Sequence record: AP019418.1
Reading direction: 5' to 3' (one strand)
Length of the DNA stretch: 64,000 nt
Of the stretch, positions 43,193 to 54,167 are shown piece after piece; the stretch's first letter is position 1; each line of letters begins with the position of its first letter. The notes beneath the pieces were generated by a model, which saw only the letters and a list, made by a program, of their open reading frames with translations, was not told where the DNA came from and did not search any database. The position numbers were made by a program, and so were the translations under genes.

Positions 43193-44359
43193 TTATTTGA
43201 ACTCTGTCAATAATCCCAATACCCGCTGGATCTGAGCAGCGTCCGCTGTAAATTTTTCAATATCTGGAATAATTAAATCAGAAATACTTTCTGGAGTTAT
43301 ATCCAAAAATTCTGATAAATCAAAATTCTTTAGGCTATCTGACACAGTATTTTTCTTTGTAGTAACTTTTTCAATTAAGATACTCCATGAAAAATTAGGA
43401 TATTCATTTTGAAATGTATCGAGATCACCAGTAGCTACATCACCTGGATTACATCTTAACCTAATTGCAGAGTTAGTTGGTAGTGTCTTGATATGTTCTT
43501 TAACAGTGTAATTAAGTTGCTTAGTATCCATTCCATGGACATTCAAAGTATCATATCTACGCGCACCCTTATTCTCAAGGAATGTAGCAGTCCATTCGCC
43601 ATTTTCTTTCACCACAACATCAAATAATCCTTTTGGAATTTCATCGTTGTGACTTAATCGGTCAAATCCACCGGCAGCTAAAATGCGTTCATAGATAGAC
43701 ATCTCATGAACATGTCCACCATTGATCATATATTTAGTTAATGCTAAATATTCATCTGGATCATGTGTTGGCTCTTCAACAATGCTAGGTAGCTGGTGTT
43801 TAAATGCACCATGTAAAATAGTAAAGTCAACTTGAGATATACCTTTCTTATGCATTAAATCTTTTACTTGATTTAAAGTCTCTGATGTGGATGGATTCCA
43901 TTTATCAGGGACATAAAGGAAATATGCATCTAGTTTCTCAATATACTCGATATCGAGAATCTTTGAATAATGCAAATCAACTTTAATATTAGCATTATTC
44001 TTTTGTTCTACGAAAAACTGCATTTGCCCACGATCGTGTGATGGAGTCCCTTCAACAATACGGATCATTACATTATACATTTCACATTTGTAGAGAAGTA
44101 TTGTAATAAATCTATCAATTGCGTATGCAGCTGGATCACCATTGTTTAATTGGCGATCAAATAAATCCCCTGTAATAATCAACATATCAATATCTTTTAA
44201 AATTGTATCAGGGACAGTTTTCCAAAAGTTATTGATGATTAATTCAGTAGGGGTTTGGCGATGCCCCATATGGACATCGCCTACTGTTAAATATCGAAAT
44301 ATGCCAGGTTTCTTTGTTTTATCAGTCTTCATATTCGTCACCGTAAACACATTCATCAT
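43193..44359 (-). CDS. sbcD: SbcD/Mre11-family nuclease, gp65
   Basis: Metallophosphoesterase motifs GDVH, GDLFD, GTPSHD, HG, GHVH. Confidence 0.9.
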   Translation of the reverse strand: MMNVFTVTNMKTDKTKKPGIFRYLTVGDVHMGHRQTPTELIINNFWKTVPDTILKDIDMLIITGDLFDRQLNNGDPAAYAIDRFITILLYKCEMYNVMIRIVEGTPSHDRGQMQFFVEQKNNANIKVDLHYSKILDIEYIEKLDAYFLYVPDKWNPSTSETLNQVKDLMHKKGISQVDFTILHGAFKHQLPSIVEEPTHDPDEYLALTKYMINGGHVHEMSIYERILAAGGFDRLSHNDEIPKGLFDVVVKENGEWTATFLENKGARRYDTLNVHGMDTKQLNYTVKEHIKTLPTNSAIRLRCNPGDVATGDLDTFQNEYPNFSWSILIEKVTTKKNTVSDSLKNFDLSEFLDITPESISDLIIPDIEKFTADAAQIQRVLGLLTEFK

Positions 44360-44930
44360 TCTCAGGTGTATCTACTTGCACACCTCCAGATTTAGATGAA
44401 GATGCATTCGGTAACTCATATAACGGAGTACCATCAGTATTTTTTAATACCCGACCATATGCTGCTAAGATTTGGATTAACACTTGTAGAAGTTGTTTTT
44501 CTAATGGTTCATTATAAATACACCGCTCTAGGAATTGAGCCGCTTCTTTAGCAAACCCACCACGTGGATTACGGTTATGTTCTTTATTATAATAATCCAT
44601 TACGTTAGAAATGCTAGCAACATTCTCACCAGATGAGATTGCAACACTTGGACGAGGATAGAGTGCTGGAACTGTAAAAAGCACAACTGCTTCTTTGGTA
44701 TTTACACTTGCTACGCGTAACGGATTTGATAGCTCACGAACATATTTACGATATTCATCTAATGCACCAGGTGCCCATGGACATTCAAGTAACGGTAATA
44801 TATTCTTTACAAAAACGTCCTCATGAACAATAGGTGTCTCTTTCTGATGAATGTTAACCATGGCTTGCATTGCATCCATGATCATGTTATCGCTATCTGT
44901 AACTCTAGTGTTCGGTTCCGGAGTTGCCAT
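44322..44930 (-). CDS. Hypothetical protein, gp64-like
   Basis: ORF in operon; likely ATG 44930. Confidence 0.7.
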   Translation of the reverse strand: MATPEPNTRVTDSDNMIMDAMQAMVNIHQKETPIVHEDVFVKNILPLLECPWAPGALDEYRKYVRELSNPLRVASVNTKEAVVLFTVPALYPRPSVAISSGENVASISNVMDYYNKEHNRNPRGGFAKEAAQFLERCIYNEPLEKQLLQVLIQILAAYGRVLKNTDGTPLYELPNASSSKSGGVQVDTPENDECVYGDEYED

Positions 44931-45462
44931 CTTCTTTACCCATAACTTGTTCAATCTGTTGTTTAGTCAGAGTAGTGATGATATTAAAACGAGCTTCTTC
45001 TTTATTTTCCATTAGTTGAGGATTACTATTTAGGTAATCAATCAACGCATCGCAGTTTTCAGTAGTGAACTTATTAGGCGTTCCAACAGTAGCAAACATA
45101 TAACCTTTATCACCGCCCTTACGAACAATGACTGATTCCATATGTTCTTTCTGATTAACCCCATCTACTTCAGCTAGTGAGAATACTGGTTTAGTATCAC
45201 CATGGATAGCTCGCAATGCGTCATCAACTTCATGCCGAATACTTTCACCCATATTGCAAAGAATATCTGCAAGAACTCGACTAACGCGAATATTAAATGT
45301 TGCAGTTTCTTCAGCTTTAGCTTTTACCAATTGTTGGAAAGCCTCATCTACAACATTAGCATGTTTTGTTAGATTCCTAACTGTTACTTCTAGCATATGA
45401 ATTCGTTTTAATAGCATGGAGTTCATAGCTTCGCTTTCATTTTTCTCAACTTCACTAGTCAT
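44905..45462 (-). CDS. Hypothetical coiled-coil protein, gp63-like
   Basis: 185-aa ORF abutting upstream stop. Confidence 0.7.
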   Translation of the reverse strand: MTSEVEKNESEAMNSMLLKRIHMLEVTVRNLTKHANVVDEAFQQLVKAKAEETATFNIRVSRVLADILCNMGESIRHEVDDALRAIHGDTKPVFSLAEVDGVNQKEHMESVIVRKGGDKGYMFATVGTPNKFTTENCDALIDYLNSNPQLMENKEEARFNIITTLTKQQIEQVMGKEDGNSGTEH

Positions 45463-45900
<438 letters not shown>

Positions 45901-45966
45901 TTAAGTTAAGATGGGAGCCAAATGGCTCCCTTTATATTGCTTGATACATACAGTTAAATACTTACA

Positions 45967-46431
45967 TTAACTAGCATATAAATATTTACTTGCAATTAAT
46001 TCAATGTGATATACGATAACAGCACCTTCTTTTTTCTTGAGTGTGCTTGTTAAAACGATATCGTGTTCAGTAACACATGCATGTACACTAATGGGTTTGG
46101 TAGTAATTTCACTACTTGTCCCTGAAAAATGAGTTGTAGCTACATATAACTGGGTATCATCAACTAACCCATTTGGATCCCTACCAACATGTACAAATGG
46201 TGGCCTGCTAGAAACATTAGGATGGTCGTCTTTAATAACAAGATGACCATCTTCAGATGGGTAAGCATAGTCATATCCAGTTACATAGATACGTAGAGCG
46301 CCATTCTTAAATGCTTCTTTAAGATAAGAATATTCTTCAAAATTAAAACGAATTGAATCAACCACAGCAGTAGTTAATTTAAGAATAGGGTGTAGTGGCC
46401 TTGATGAGTTATTATTCTTAATTAATAGCAT
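45967..46431 (-). CDS. Hypothetical protein, gp61-like
   Basis: AAGGA RBS before ATG 46431. Confidence 0.65.
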   Translation of the reverse strand: MLLIKNNNSSRPLHPILKLTTAVVDSIRFNFEEYSYLKEAFKNGALRIYVTGYDYAYPSEDGHLVIKDDHPNVSSRPPFVHVGRDPNGLVDDTQLYVATTHFSGTSSEITTKPISVHACVTEHDIVLTSTLKKKEGAVIVYHIELIASKYLYAS

Positions 46432-46753
46432 CTGTATTTTCCTTAACGTAAAAAGCAATATGTGGATGGTTCCACAATGGACTCTCATCACAAAAACTAT
46501 AACTATGTATTTCCTCGCCAGTATCTAATTTAATAGAGACCACTTCACCTTCAATAACTGTGAAAATAAATTTAGTATCAGGTGAAACATAATCACCAGT
46601 TACATAGACATTATCAGGAAGATACAATAGTCGTGTTTGATTATCGTGTTTAAGTTCTATTCCATCTGTACTATTAAAATACATATATCCCGTACCATCT
46701 GGACTTTTTTGAAACATCTTTAGTTTATTTGGTACGAGTAAATCAATTGACAT
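46418..46753 (-). CDS. Hypothetical protein, gp60-like
   Basis: 111 aa, AGGAG RBS. Confidence 0.7.
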   Translation of the reverse strand: MSIDLLVPNKLKMFQKSPDGTGYMYFNSTDGIELKHDNQTRLLYLPDNVYVTGDYVSPDTKFIFTVIEGEVVSIKLDTGEEIHSYSFCDESPLWNHPHIAFYVKENTDAIN

Positions 46754-46804
46754 AGATCTCTCCTAAACGATAGAAGAGAGCCCCTGTACGGGACTCTCAT
46801 TTAT

Positions 46805-47416
46805 TTAACCTAGAAGATTACCTACGACTGAAGTTGGATCTTCTTCACCTGCGTCCAGATGCCCATCAATAGCATTCCACATACGGATGATGTCAACTTT
46901 TTCATGCAGACTAAGTTTACGATCACTCTTGATATCTTCGTGATAGTTTTTATAACCGAATTCTTTCTTATCGGTATACATAACTCCATCCATCACGCGA
47001 CGATAATCAAACTGTCGTTCACCTACTGCATCACCTTGGATGTTATTATAAGAACCACTATATCCATCAACTTCATTATTAAGATACATAGTTCTTAGAC
47101 GCTCATGCGCCATAACCCAACGTTGCATAATCGGACCAGCTGTTTGTAGTTCAGCTAAAGTCTCAAGATACACAATGTTGTTCGACTGCCATAAATTATC
47201 TTTCTTTGTGGTTAGATTCCGCAGTGCTTGAACAGCAGCTGATTCACTAATCATACTGTACATATTTTGTGCAGTATTGAAAAAGCTAGCAGCAGCAGTT
47301 GACATAGTTGAACGCAGTGCCTGACTACGCTCACCCAACCATTGGGTTGTTTGCTGTGTAAGATGGCCACCTGCACAGATGTCCAATAGGTCTACACCAT
47401 GTGCATCTACAATCAT
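46805..47416 (-). CDS. Conserved protein gp59-like (candidate Imp3 import cofactor)
   Basis: 203 aa; counting genes from gp56 and gp65 gives gp59; identity by gene order. Confidence 0.6.
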   Translation of the reverse strand: MIVDAHGVDLLDICAGGHLTQQTTQWLGERSQALRSTMSTAAASFFNTAQNMYSMISESAAVQALRNLTTKKDNLWQSNNIVYLETLAELQTAGPIMQRWVMAHERLRTMYLNNEVDGYSGSYNNIQGDAVGERQFDYRRVMDGVMYTDKKEFGYKNYHEDIKSDRKLSLHEKVDIIRMWNAIDGHLDAGEEDPTSVVGNLLG

Positions 47417-47424
47417 TATTCACC

Positions 47425-47850
47425 TCAGATACTGTACTCATATACCCAACATAGATTAAATGGATGTTGCATAGGTAAGTTAAATGTATCTAGTTCCTGA
47501 CCGATCCAATTGACAGCTTTTGTAACACCTTCAACAGTTACAGTTAATTCAACATGGATATCATGTTCAGGTGCAGTCACCACAATAGTGATTGGATCAT
47601 CATGTTTAATACGGAATCCAAACTTAGGGTGATGGAATCCCGCATACTCACCTTTAGTATTTTCTAGAATACATTCAAATAGATTAGTTTCTTTATTAAG
47701 TTTAAATGTAACTAGTTTATCTGAATCTTTAAGTAAACCATTATCCCCAAATACATTGAATCGATAATGCTTATGGCAGATACCAAGTGTTTTTGGTACA
47801 TCATGGGAATTATCGATTTGCTTAGTACATTCATTACATTTACTATTCAT
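47425..47850 (-). CDS. Hypothetical protein, gp58-like
   Basis: 141 aa; N-terminal CxxC...CxxH possible Zn site. Confidence 0.65.
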   Translation of the reverse strand: MNSKCNECTKQIDNSHDVPKTLGICHKHYRFNVFGDNGLLKDSDKLVTFKLNKETNLFECILENTKGEYAGFHHPKFGFRIKHDDPITIVVTAPEHDIHVELTVTVEGVTKAVNWIGQELDTFNLPMQHPFNLCWVYEYSI

Positions 47851-47862
47851 CTTTATTTACCT

Positions 47863-48246
47863 TTAATAGATTTGTTTATCAAAAGAACAATTGATTGGAA
47901 TAGTGATAACTTCATTAGTAATTACATGTTTACCTGTCTTTTTAAAGAATTGTGCAAATTTTGAAGTAGCTGGAATTACAAGGGTATCATCCCGATCATT
48001 ATTTGACATATTGTAAAAAGTAAACTTACCGTCTAGGTTAAACCTAATGCACCACTTAATATTTCGTATTTTGAAATCTATACCAAATCTTAAATGACCA
48101 TCAATCAATTCAGAACCACCGTATTCATAAGCTCCGGTGAAATTCCAATTAATTTCTGCGAATTGGAAAGTTACAGGATGTTCGCCATGTTCATCTTGTA
48201 TGTAGTAACCATCATGAGCTTTCCAATAGATGACTAAATCATGCAT
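47863..48246 (-). CDS. Hypothetical protein, gp57-like
   Basis: 127 aa, GAGG RBS. Confidence 0.7.
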   Translation of the reverse strand: MHDLVIYWKAHDGYYIQDEHGEHPVTFQFAEINWNFTGAYEYGGSELIDGHLRFGIDFKIRNIKWCIRFNLDGKFTFYNMSNNDRDDTLVIPATSKFAQFFKKTGKHVITNEVITIPINCSFDKQIY

Positions 48247-48294
48247 GCTACCAGCCTCAAAGAAATAATAGGGGAGTCTAACTCCCCTATTAAT

Positions 48295-48516
48295 TTATTT
48301 TGCTTTTAGCCATTCTTCTAATGGCGGTAAATACTTCTCATGCGCCCAGTTAATAATTGTTTCTACAACAGGACCCTGTAATTCAAGGTTACCTGAGATT
48401 TCATGTGGTTCATCAATAGATAGAACCCATGTATGTGGAGCAATGCGTTCAGTTGCTTTAGTTAAATACACATCAGGCATTAACGTAAGATTCAATTGAT
48501 CGCCGTCAAAGTCAGC
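48295..48516 (-). CDS. Non-virion RNAP beta' N-terminal subunit, exon 2 (gp56.1)
   Basis: Begins ADFDGDQLNL; splicing completes catalytic NADFDGD. Confidence 0.92.
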   Translation of the reverse strand, partial: ADFDGDQLNLTLMPDVYLTKATERIAPHTWVLSIDEPHEISGNLELQGPVVETIINWAHEKYLPPLEEWLKAK

Positions 48517-49888
48517 CGTATTGTTCAGTATCAGTCGTTAATTGATACCCGCACCATTACGTGCAGCTCTAGCTCTCGCTAGAAGACCAGACTATATCTT
48601 CACCCTTCCTTTCGGAGTGGGGTGTCTCCCATTTCGAGTCACTTGACCCTACATCCTATTTCTAGGACCGGTGCACCTGATACCGTAATAGTCGTTGAAC
48701 CTTCTCCTATTCCTAAATGGAATGTTACGGAGCTTGGCTGCTGATTGGCCCTACCTAATCTTTTTCAAACCTTGGCTTTGTCTTTCGACTCGCAGTGGTA
48801 GATTAGTTTAACAGGATATCCCAGCAATTAGAGAGAACTCAACCCAACGATTACTCATTGGGGGAACTAGATTTGATTAACTTAATAAGGTATTTATCAA
48901 GCACCCCATTCTTTTCAAAGATTGCTCTTCGAACAGTATTCGGATGCTTAATACCGACATCTCTTGCAAAGTGTGGAATACTCGGATACACTTTGGTAGT
49001 GTTCAAGATGGTGTCGGTTACTTCAATTGGAGTACCTTTTCCATTACTAGGTTTTCCAAATGAGGCTTCAATTTCTTTCTGAGTATATTTAGGGAAATCT
49101 TCAGGATTAGCAGTATATGAGAATACCAGACCATCCATGATTTCCTTACTACCTCTAACTAGATGGTAATAGGCTTTATTACGTTTAGTACCTAGTGCAA
49201 GTTCCATTTCTGCTAAGTTATGAAACACATGTAATGTCTTAGTCTTATAGTCTAAAACATAAACTGTCTTGGTACTTTCACGATCAGCAATCTTAGTCTC
49301 ACCGGTAATAAATTCAAATGTGAATCTATTTCTATACGGCTTAGTCTTATGGTCACGTATAATAACCCAAACCGTATTTTTATTAACTCCTAATACCCGA
49401 GCAAGTTCATTCATCGAGTAATAAGTAGTCTTTTCACCAGTGGTAACATCAGTTGCAATTACCCGTCTATTTTCTTTTCTTAATCCATTTTTGTAAGCAT
49501 GCTCAATGTTTTCACCACGAGTCATCCATTCCAAATTGGATGGTAAGTTATTATGTTTGTTGCCGTCTTTATGATTGACTTCATATGTTGGTCCAGGAGA
49601 TGGACCATGGAATGCAGTACAAACTAGAATATGCGCTCCCTTACTTTTTGATGTCTTTTCATCATTTTTTGCACCTATATTGAGATATGTCCCAATTGAT
49701 GTTTTAGTAAGGAAGAAATTACATATTCTATTTAACCGCTTATGACGAATCGTTCCTAAGTTACTAGCCTCATAAGCTGAGTATCCAGGAATATCTCGCC
49801 ATTCAATTTTAAATGAAGCCGGATCAAAGACGGACACTACTCCGTTTTGTTCCATTGTCTTTTACCTTATTTGGTTATTCAATTGTCC
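48517..49888 (-). mobile_element. Group I intron (1372 nt) with HNH homing endonuclease in the P1 loop
   Basis: Same P/Q/R/S core (R 48689-48700, S 48590-48600). IGS GUUGGG (48848-48843) pairs with 5' exon CCUAAU with a G-U at the splice site. Terminal G at 48517. Confidence 0.92.
48851..49855 (-). CDS. HNH homing endonuclease (NUMOD4-HNH with three C-terminal IENR1/NUMOD1-like repeats), gp56-like
   Basis: WRDIPGY..YEASNLG, VNHKDGNKHNN..NLEW..RGENIEHA, repeated VxxxD....xYxSxxExAxxLG units. Confidence 0.92.
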   Translation of the reverse strand: MEQNGVVSVFDPASFKIEWRDIPGYSAYEASNLGTIRHKRLNRICNFFLTKTSIGTYLNIGAKNDEKTSKSKGAHILVCTAFHGPSPGPTYEVNHKDGNKHNNLPSNLEWMTRGENIEHAYKNGLRKENRRVIATDVTTGEKTTYYSMNELARVLGVNKNTVWVIIRDHKTKPYRNRFTFEFITGETKIADRESTKTVYVLDYKTKTLHVFHNLAEMELALGTKRNKAYYHLVRGSKEIMDGLVFSYTANPEDFPKYTQKEIEASFGKPSNGKGTPIEVTDTILNTTKVYPSIPHFARDVGIKHPNTVRRAIFEKNGVLDKYLIKLIKSSSPNE

Positions 49889-51133
49889 ATTAGGCGCTTT
49901 AAGGCATAAAACTGACATGCTGATAGAATTATCATTAATGTCATCTTTTACTTTAGTAATAAAGAACTGCTGCGTAGATCCACGTTGAAGCGTTGGATTT
50001 CGGTGAAAAGTACAACCCATCCCTTTATAAGGGGCTGCTTCTGCAATTAGCTCTTTAAATAGATCTGCAATGATTTGGTTATATTGAAGTACATTCTCAT
50101 ATACAAATGAGAATGCTTCACGAGTTGTCATGTTAAACTTTGCTTTTAGTTTATTGGTTAGATGATACTTTAATAATTGACAACCTACCCCCCAAGGGAT
50201 ATGTAGTTCATCATAATCATGCGGGTCACTAATAGAAGTGATTACTGCACGTGCCGTAGCGTTGAGACGAGCACCAAACATGTGACGCCGAGCAAGACCA
50301 GGCTTTTGAGCAATTCGTGATTTTGCGTAGATCTCGTAGAACTGGCCATATAGTCTTAGTCCTCGCATAGTCCTATTCTGAGCTTTAATTGGACTAAGTG
50401 GTACAGATGATGCATCAATACTAGCGAAGGTTAAGGTAGCATCAATTGCTGCTTCAATTGGTTTATCTAAGTAAGTACCAGATGTGGTTGATTCTGCTAC
50501 GAAACAGAGTTTAGAAGGAACTGGTAAATATTTAGGGAATAACTTATCTTTATTCTGAGCAACGAATTGAGCGAATTCGGATTTATTATTAGAGATAATA
50601 TTTGCATCTAGTAGGAATTGGAAGATCTCATTGAAATTATCAATGAAGTGATTTAATCCTCTTTCAAATCCTCGATGCAGTAGCCTATCTACTTTCCTGC
50701 GTGTTTCCTTAGAACCAATAGATTCTACATCGTATCGATAAGAAGTATCAGTTAGATATGCTAAGAAATCGAATTCTTTAGTTACTAGATATCCGGTTAG
50801 CATAATGATTAAACGTGGGTTAATTAGGCTACGTACATGTTTTGGTGTACGAACCCACATTGATGGTTCGATAGGACGGCTAGAAGTATTGACAACTGGA
50901 GTATTACAAATATCACAGATTACTCCGAGTTTATGTGCGTCTTCGATTGCTCGACAATCACAGCTTACACTACTTTCAATTGCTTCTGAATCTTGGAAAT
51001 GAGAATAGAAATGCCTATCAAATTCTTCTTTCTCATCTGAGTTACTCGTATTGTAATCATTGGCATAAATTCGTTTACCCGTAAATTGATCATGAACTTC
51101 ATTATGATCAACAACTTTGGCATAAAGACCCAT
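49889..51133 (-). CDS. Non-virion RNAP beta' N-terminal subunit, exon 1 (gp55); spliced product 488 aa
   Basis: Zn ribbon CDC...CDIC, RRHMFGAR, HRNPTL, ends KAPN; AGGAG RBS before ATG 51133. Confidence 0.92.
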
Positions 51134-51159
51134 ACCAAACTCCTGTTTATCGATTAACA

Positions 51160-51203
51160 AAAAAAGGAGATATAAGCGGCCCCCGAAGGAGCCGCTTATA
51201 TCA
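51160..51203 (-). terminator. Strong intrinsic terminator between chmA and gp55
   Basis: GATATAAGCGGC stem (12 bp) followed by TCC and a 7-U tract on the minus strand. Confidence 0.85.
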
Positions 51204-51528
51204 GTTTTTACAATGGACCACCAACGGAGCCTGGCCCGAGCCTAGCGTCATCTACAAAGCTTAACCTCCGCTCTTCTTTGTAGCATACCGGCACTAGTCT
51301 CATTTACCATCCATTGTAGTTTTTGATCACACGTTACCTTTTGAGTAACTCCTTTCGGTTAAGTGATCTATCATCCTCGTGTAGTGATAGGTCGACCTAG
51401 ACTAAGTCCACTAGTCGATTACTTCACGGAACCTACTCCTAACCGTTATCACCGAAGTGAACCAGGGTCGCAGTATTAGAATCGGGATGTTACTTATTTA
51501 ACATCCCTATCTACCGAGGTATTTCCTA
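51204..51528 (-). ncRNA. Candidate structured non-coding RNA / chmA 3' UTR element
   Basis: At least six stems in ~320 nt with no ORF. Confidence 0.6.
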
Positions 51529-53409
51529 TTAGTACCAGGTACCCGGTGCATTATAGGAAGGAGCGCCGTAAGTTTGACCCATGCTGCCAGCCATGCCAAC
51601 TTGTGCACTACCAGAAACAGCCATGTTACCCATACCGGTGTAACCAGCGAAGCGCTGTTGACCGAAGTTGGTAATTAGGTTTTCCATGGTTACAGTTACA
51701 CCAGCTGCTGCTGCTGCGGCATCCATTGCGGTGATGAATTTCGGGTTAAAGGTTAGACGACGAGCACGACCAGTATAGGTAACGTTACCTAGGTACATCT
51801 TGTCGAAGCCTTTACTGTTATTCATACGACGCACAATGTGGTCATTACCTACCTGAGTAGCATACCAGGTCTTCCACTCTTGGTCATTACCTTCAGACAT
51901 GTTCATGGCACCTAGAACGTCGAGATCACGACGGTCGCTTAGTTCACCATGCTCATCAGTGTAGTGACCGAGGTCTACTTCATGATGGTTGTCAAAGATA
52001 ATCGGACCAGCTTCAGCTAGATTATAGAACTGACGGAAATCAGTGCCGTATAGGTTAGTTAGAGCTTGGAAGATCAGACTAACTGCACGAGCTTGGTTTA
52101 CGCCACCAGCTGCATCTAGGACGACTTGCTCAATAGCTGAGTTGTCTCCCATTGGATCGATATCGATCTGGAATGCAGGGTTCTGGTTAACCATCTTGTT
52201 CATTAGCATTACGAAGTTGCTGTCGTCTGCCATGAATGCTTCGGTGCGAGTTTCAATCGCTTTACCTAGCTCTGAGTAATAACCAAGTGCACCAATATCA
52301 CGCATCTTGCTAGTAGCGATCTTCGGCATTAGGGTACGAGCCCATGCCTGGGATGCAGTTGCACGATACGCATTACCGAGTGCGAACAGCCACATTTCTA
52401 GAGTCCATGCTTGGATCCAGGATGCCTTACGAACGTCAGTGATAACGATGTAAGGAGTGAACTGCGGAGGTAGAGCTGCACCAGGTAGAGTTACGCCAAA
52501 CATACCTTGTTGCTGGCCAGTGGTCGGAGTCCAATGTAGATCTACGAATAGACTAACTTGGTTTAGCTGGCTATCGGTATCATAGAACTCGTTCTCAGGT
52601 ACGTTGGTTTTCTTACCACGGCTAGTGGAGATGACCAGGTCAGAACGGATCGGATTACCACAGCTATCTTTAACCGGAATACCATTGTAGTCTAGATTGC
52701 AGGTAAGCTGTTCGTTTTCTGCTTTGATGTGGGTCGCAATAGAGAACGGAGTCTCATTGTTACGACGCGCAATAGCATCTTCACAGATATTAACAGATTC
52801 AACTAGTAGGTTCTTAACAGCTAGTTCATCTTTGAAGTCGAAGTCAGCATACACTGCACGGGGACCGGCAGATAGTACTTCTAGACCAGGGATGTTGTAA
52901 CGGTTCCGTAGGAACTCGCCGATCTTGCTCCAGTATTGAGCAGTGAACACATCACGCGGTAGTACCTTCTCTTCAATGATGTCATCAGTTAGACCATTGT
53001 TGATTTTGTGGGTACGGGGACGGATGCGAGTACCAGGTAGGTTATCGAGTACTAGAGTACGAACGAATGCCTTCATGGAACCATTGATATCTTTAGCTAG
53101 TTTAACAATGAGTAGACCAGCCATACCAACTTGCTGCGCATCGCGATCGAAACGATGGATATCGAAGTCATCAGGTAGGTCCTGATGGCGGATTGCTTCT
53201 TCTTTTACTTTAGTGAATACTTGTAGGGCATCTGCTGAACGAGCATCAGAACCATCTAGCCGGCCAGAACGGCGCATTAGGTGGTTAATGCCAGTAGTGG
53301 ACCCAGGTGCGCCAGCCGGACGTTGAGCTTGACGTTGTGCAGTGGGTTGCGGAGCCGGAGCGGTAGCTTGAGTTTGAACGGTGCCGATTTCGTTTTCGTT
53401 AACAGCCAT
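51529..53409 (-). CDS. chmA: Chimallin, major phage nuclear shell protein (phiKZ gp54)
   Basis: 626 aa, [14 protein letters not shown]..., conserved [26 protein letters not shown] segments; canonical position upstream of nvRNAP beta'. Confidence 0.93.
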   Translation of the reverse strand: MAVNENEIGTVQTQATAPAPQPTAQRQAQRPAGAPGSTTGINHLMRRSGRLDGSDARSADALQVFTKVKEEAIRHQDLPDDFDIHRFDRDAQQVGMAGLLIVKLAKDINGSMKAFVRTLVLDNLPGTRIRPRTHKINNGLTDDIIEEKVLPRDVFTAQYWSKIGEFLRNRYNIPGLEVLSAGPRAVYADFDFKDELAVKNLLVESVNICEDAIARRNNETPFSIATHIKAENEQLTCNLDYNGIPVKDSCGNPIRSDLVISTSRGKKTNVPENEFYDTDSQLNQVSLFVDLHWTPTTGQQQGMFGVTLPGAALPPQFTPYIVITDVRKASWIQAWTLEMWLFALGNAYRATASQAWARTLMPKIATSKMRDIGALGYYSELGKAIETRTEAFMADDSNFVMLMNKMVNQNPAFQIDIDPMGDNSAIEQVVLDAAGGVNQARAVSLIFQALTNLYGTDFRQFYNLAEAGPIIFDNHHEVDLGHYTDEHGELSDRRDLDVLGAMNMSEGNDQEWKTWYATQVGNDHIVRRMNNSKGFDKMYLGNVTYTGRARRLTFNPKFITAMDAAAAAAGVTVTMENLITNFGQQRFAGYTGMGNMAVSGSAQVGMAGSMGQTYGAPSYNAPGTWY

Positions 53410-53481
53410 TTTAAATACCTTTACGATTATGGTTTCTTGATCAAGAAGAACCTAAGTACTTAGTATACTAGATTCAATTTA

Positions 53482-53505
53482 GTAATATAAATCTCAAATT
53501 TTTTT
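53482..53505 (-). promoter_or_regulatory. Early promoter (TATATTAC) for chmA
   Basis: AAAAAAATTTGAGATTTATATTAC, 1 mismatch from the gp68 promoter. Confidence 0.8.
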
Positions 53506-53720
53506 CATTACAACATAGACGCTATAATCTGCTATCAGCAGATCGTAACGAACACTATGTTCACTACATATTATTACAATCTGAGTATTATTTATTTTTC
53601 ATCTTACAATTTCCATATCTTCTTTTTTGAGTTTATGGGTATAAAGTTTGAATCCAGAAACTAATTTACGTCAGTCCTGTATTAAATAATAACTATCAGT
53701 ATTTTTATAAAATGCAGTTA

Positions 53721-54086
53721 TCATTTACTTCGCATATACTTACGAACTGTTCCAAAAAGAGAATGATACAGTTTGTATAGTTTACTAACTGGATCAACTT
53801 TATTATTATCAGTTGTATCAAATTTAGCAATAAATGGTGAATGTGCCGAAGCAGATGTTTCATTTACTTTAACTACACTACCAAATCGATATGCGACTAA
53901 TACCTTTATTAATTCCTCATGGAGTTTAGTAGCAGTTGCTAATGGATTGGGATCATTAGGATCTATCTTAATCCTACGCTCGACATTGAAAAAGTTTACT
54001 ACAATTTCTTTGCTAGTCATGTATACAGTAAGATCTTTGTTATTACCTAAATATAGTGGCGGATCTTCAACATTATTTTTAGCCAT
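53721..54086 (-). CDS. Hypothetical protein, gp53-like
   Basis: 121 aa, AGGA RBS. Confidence 0.7.
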   Translation of the reverse strand: MAKNNVEDPPLYLGNNKDLTVYMTSKEIVVNFFNVERRIKIDPNDPNPLATATKLHEELIKVLVAYRFGSVVKVNETSASAHSPFIAKFDTTDNNKVDPVSKLYKLYHSLFGTVRKYMRSK

Positions 54087-54127
54087 TGTATATTCCTATT
54101 TGTAATTACTACTGTTGTTACCAAACT

Positions 54128-54152
54128 ATGATATAGATCTCAATTAATTTTT
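54128..54152 (-). promoter_or_regulatory. Early-type promoter
   Basis: AAAAATTAATTGAGATCTATATCAT. Confidence 0.65.
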
Positions 54153-54167
54153 AATCGGATAATAACC

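Noticed and set aside
48295-48495. Stand-alone 66-aa gene starting at TTG; likewise a stand-alone gp73 starting at ATG 34706
   Set aside because: Both are second exons; in-frame upstream codons complete RNAP catalytic motifs after splicing
51204-51528. Third group I intron, tRNA, hammerhead ribozyme or CRISPR array in the chmA-gp55 spacer
   Set aside because: No P/Q/R/S core, cloverleaf, CUGAUGA/GAAA core arrangement or repeat-spacer periodicity seen
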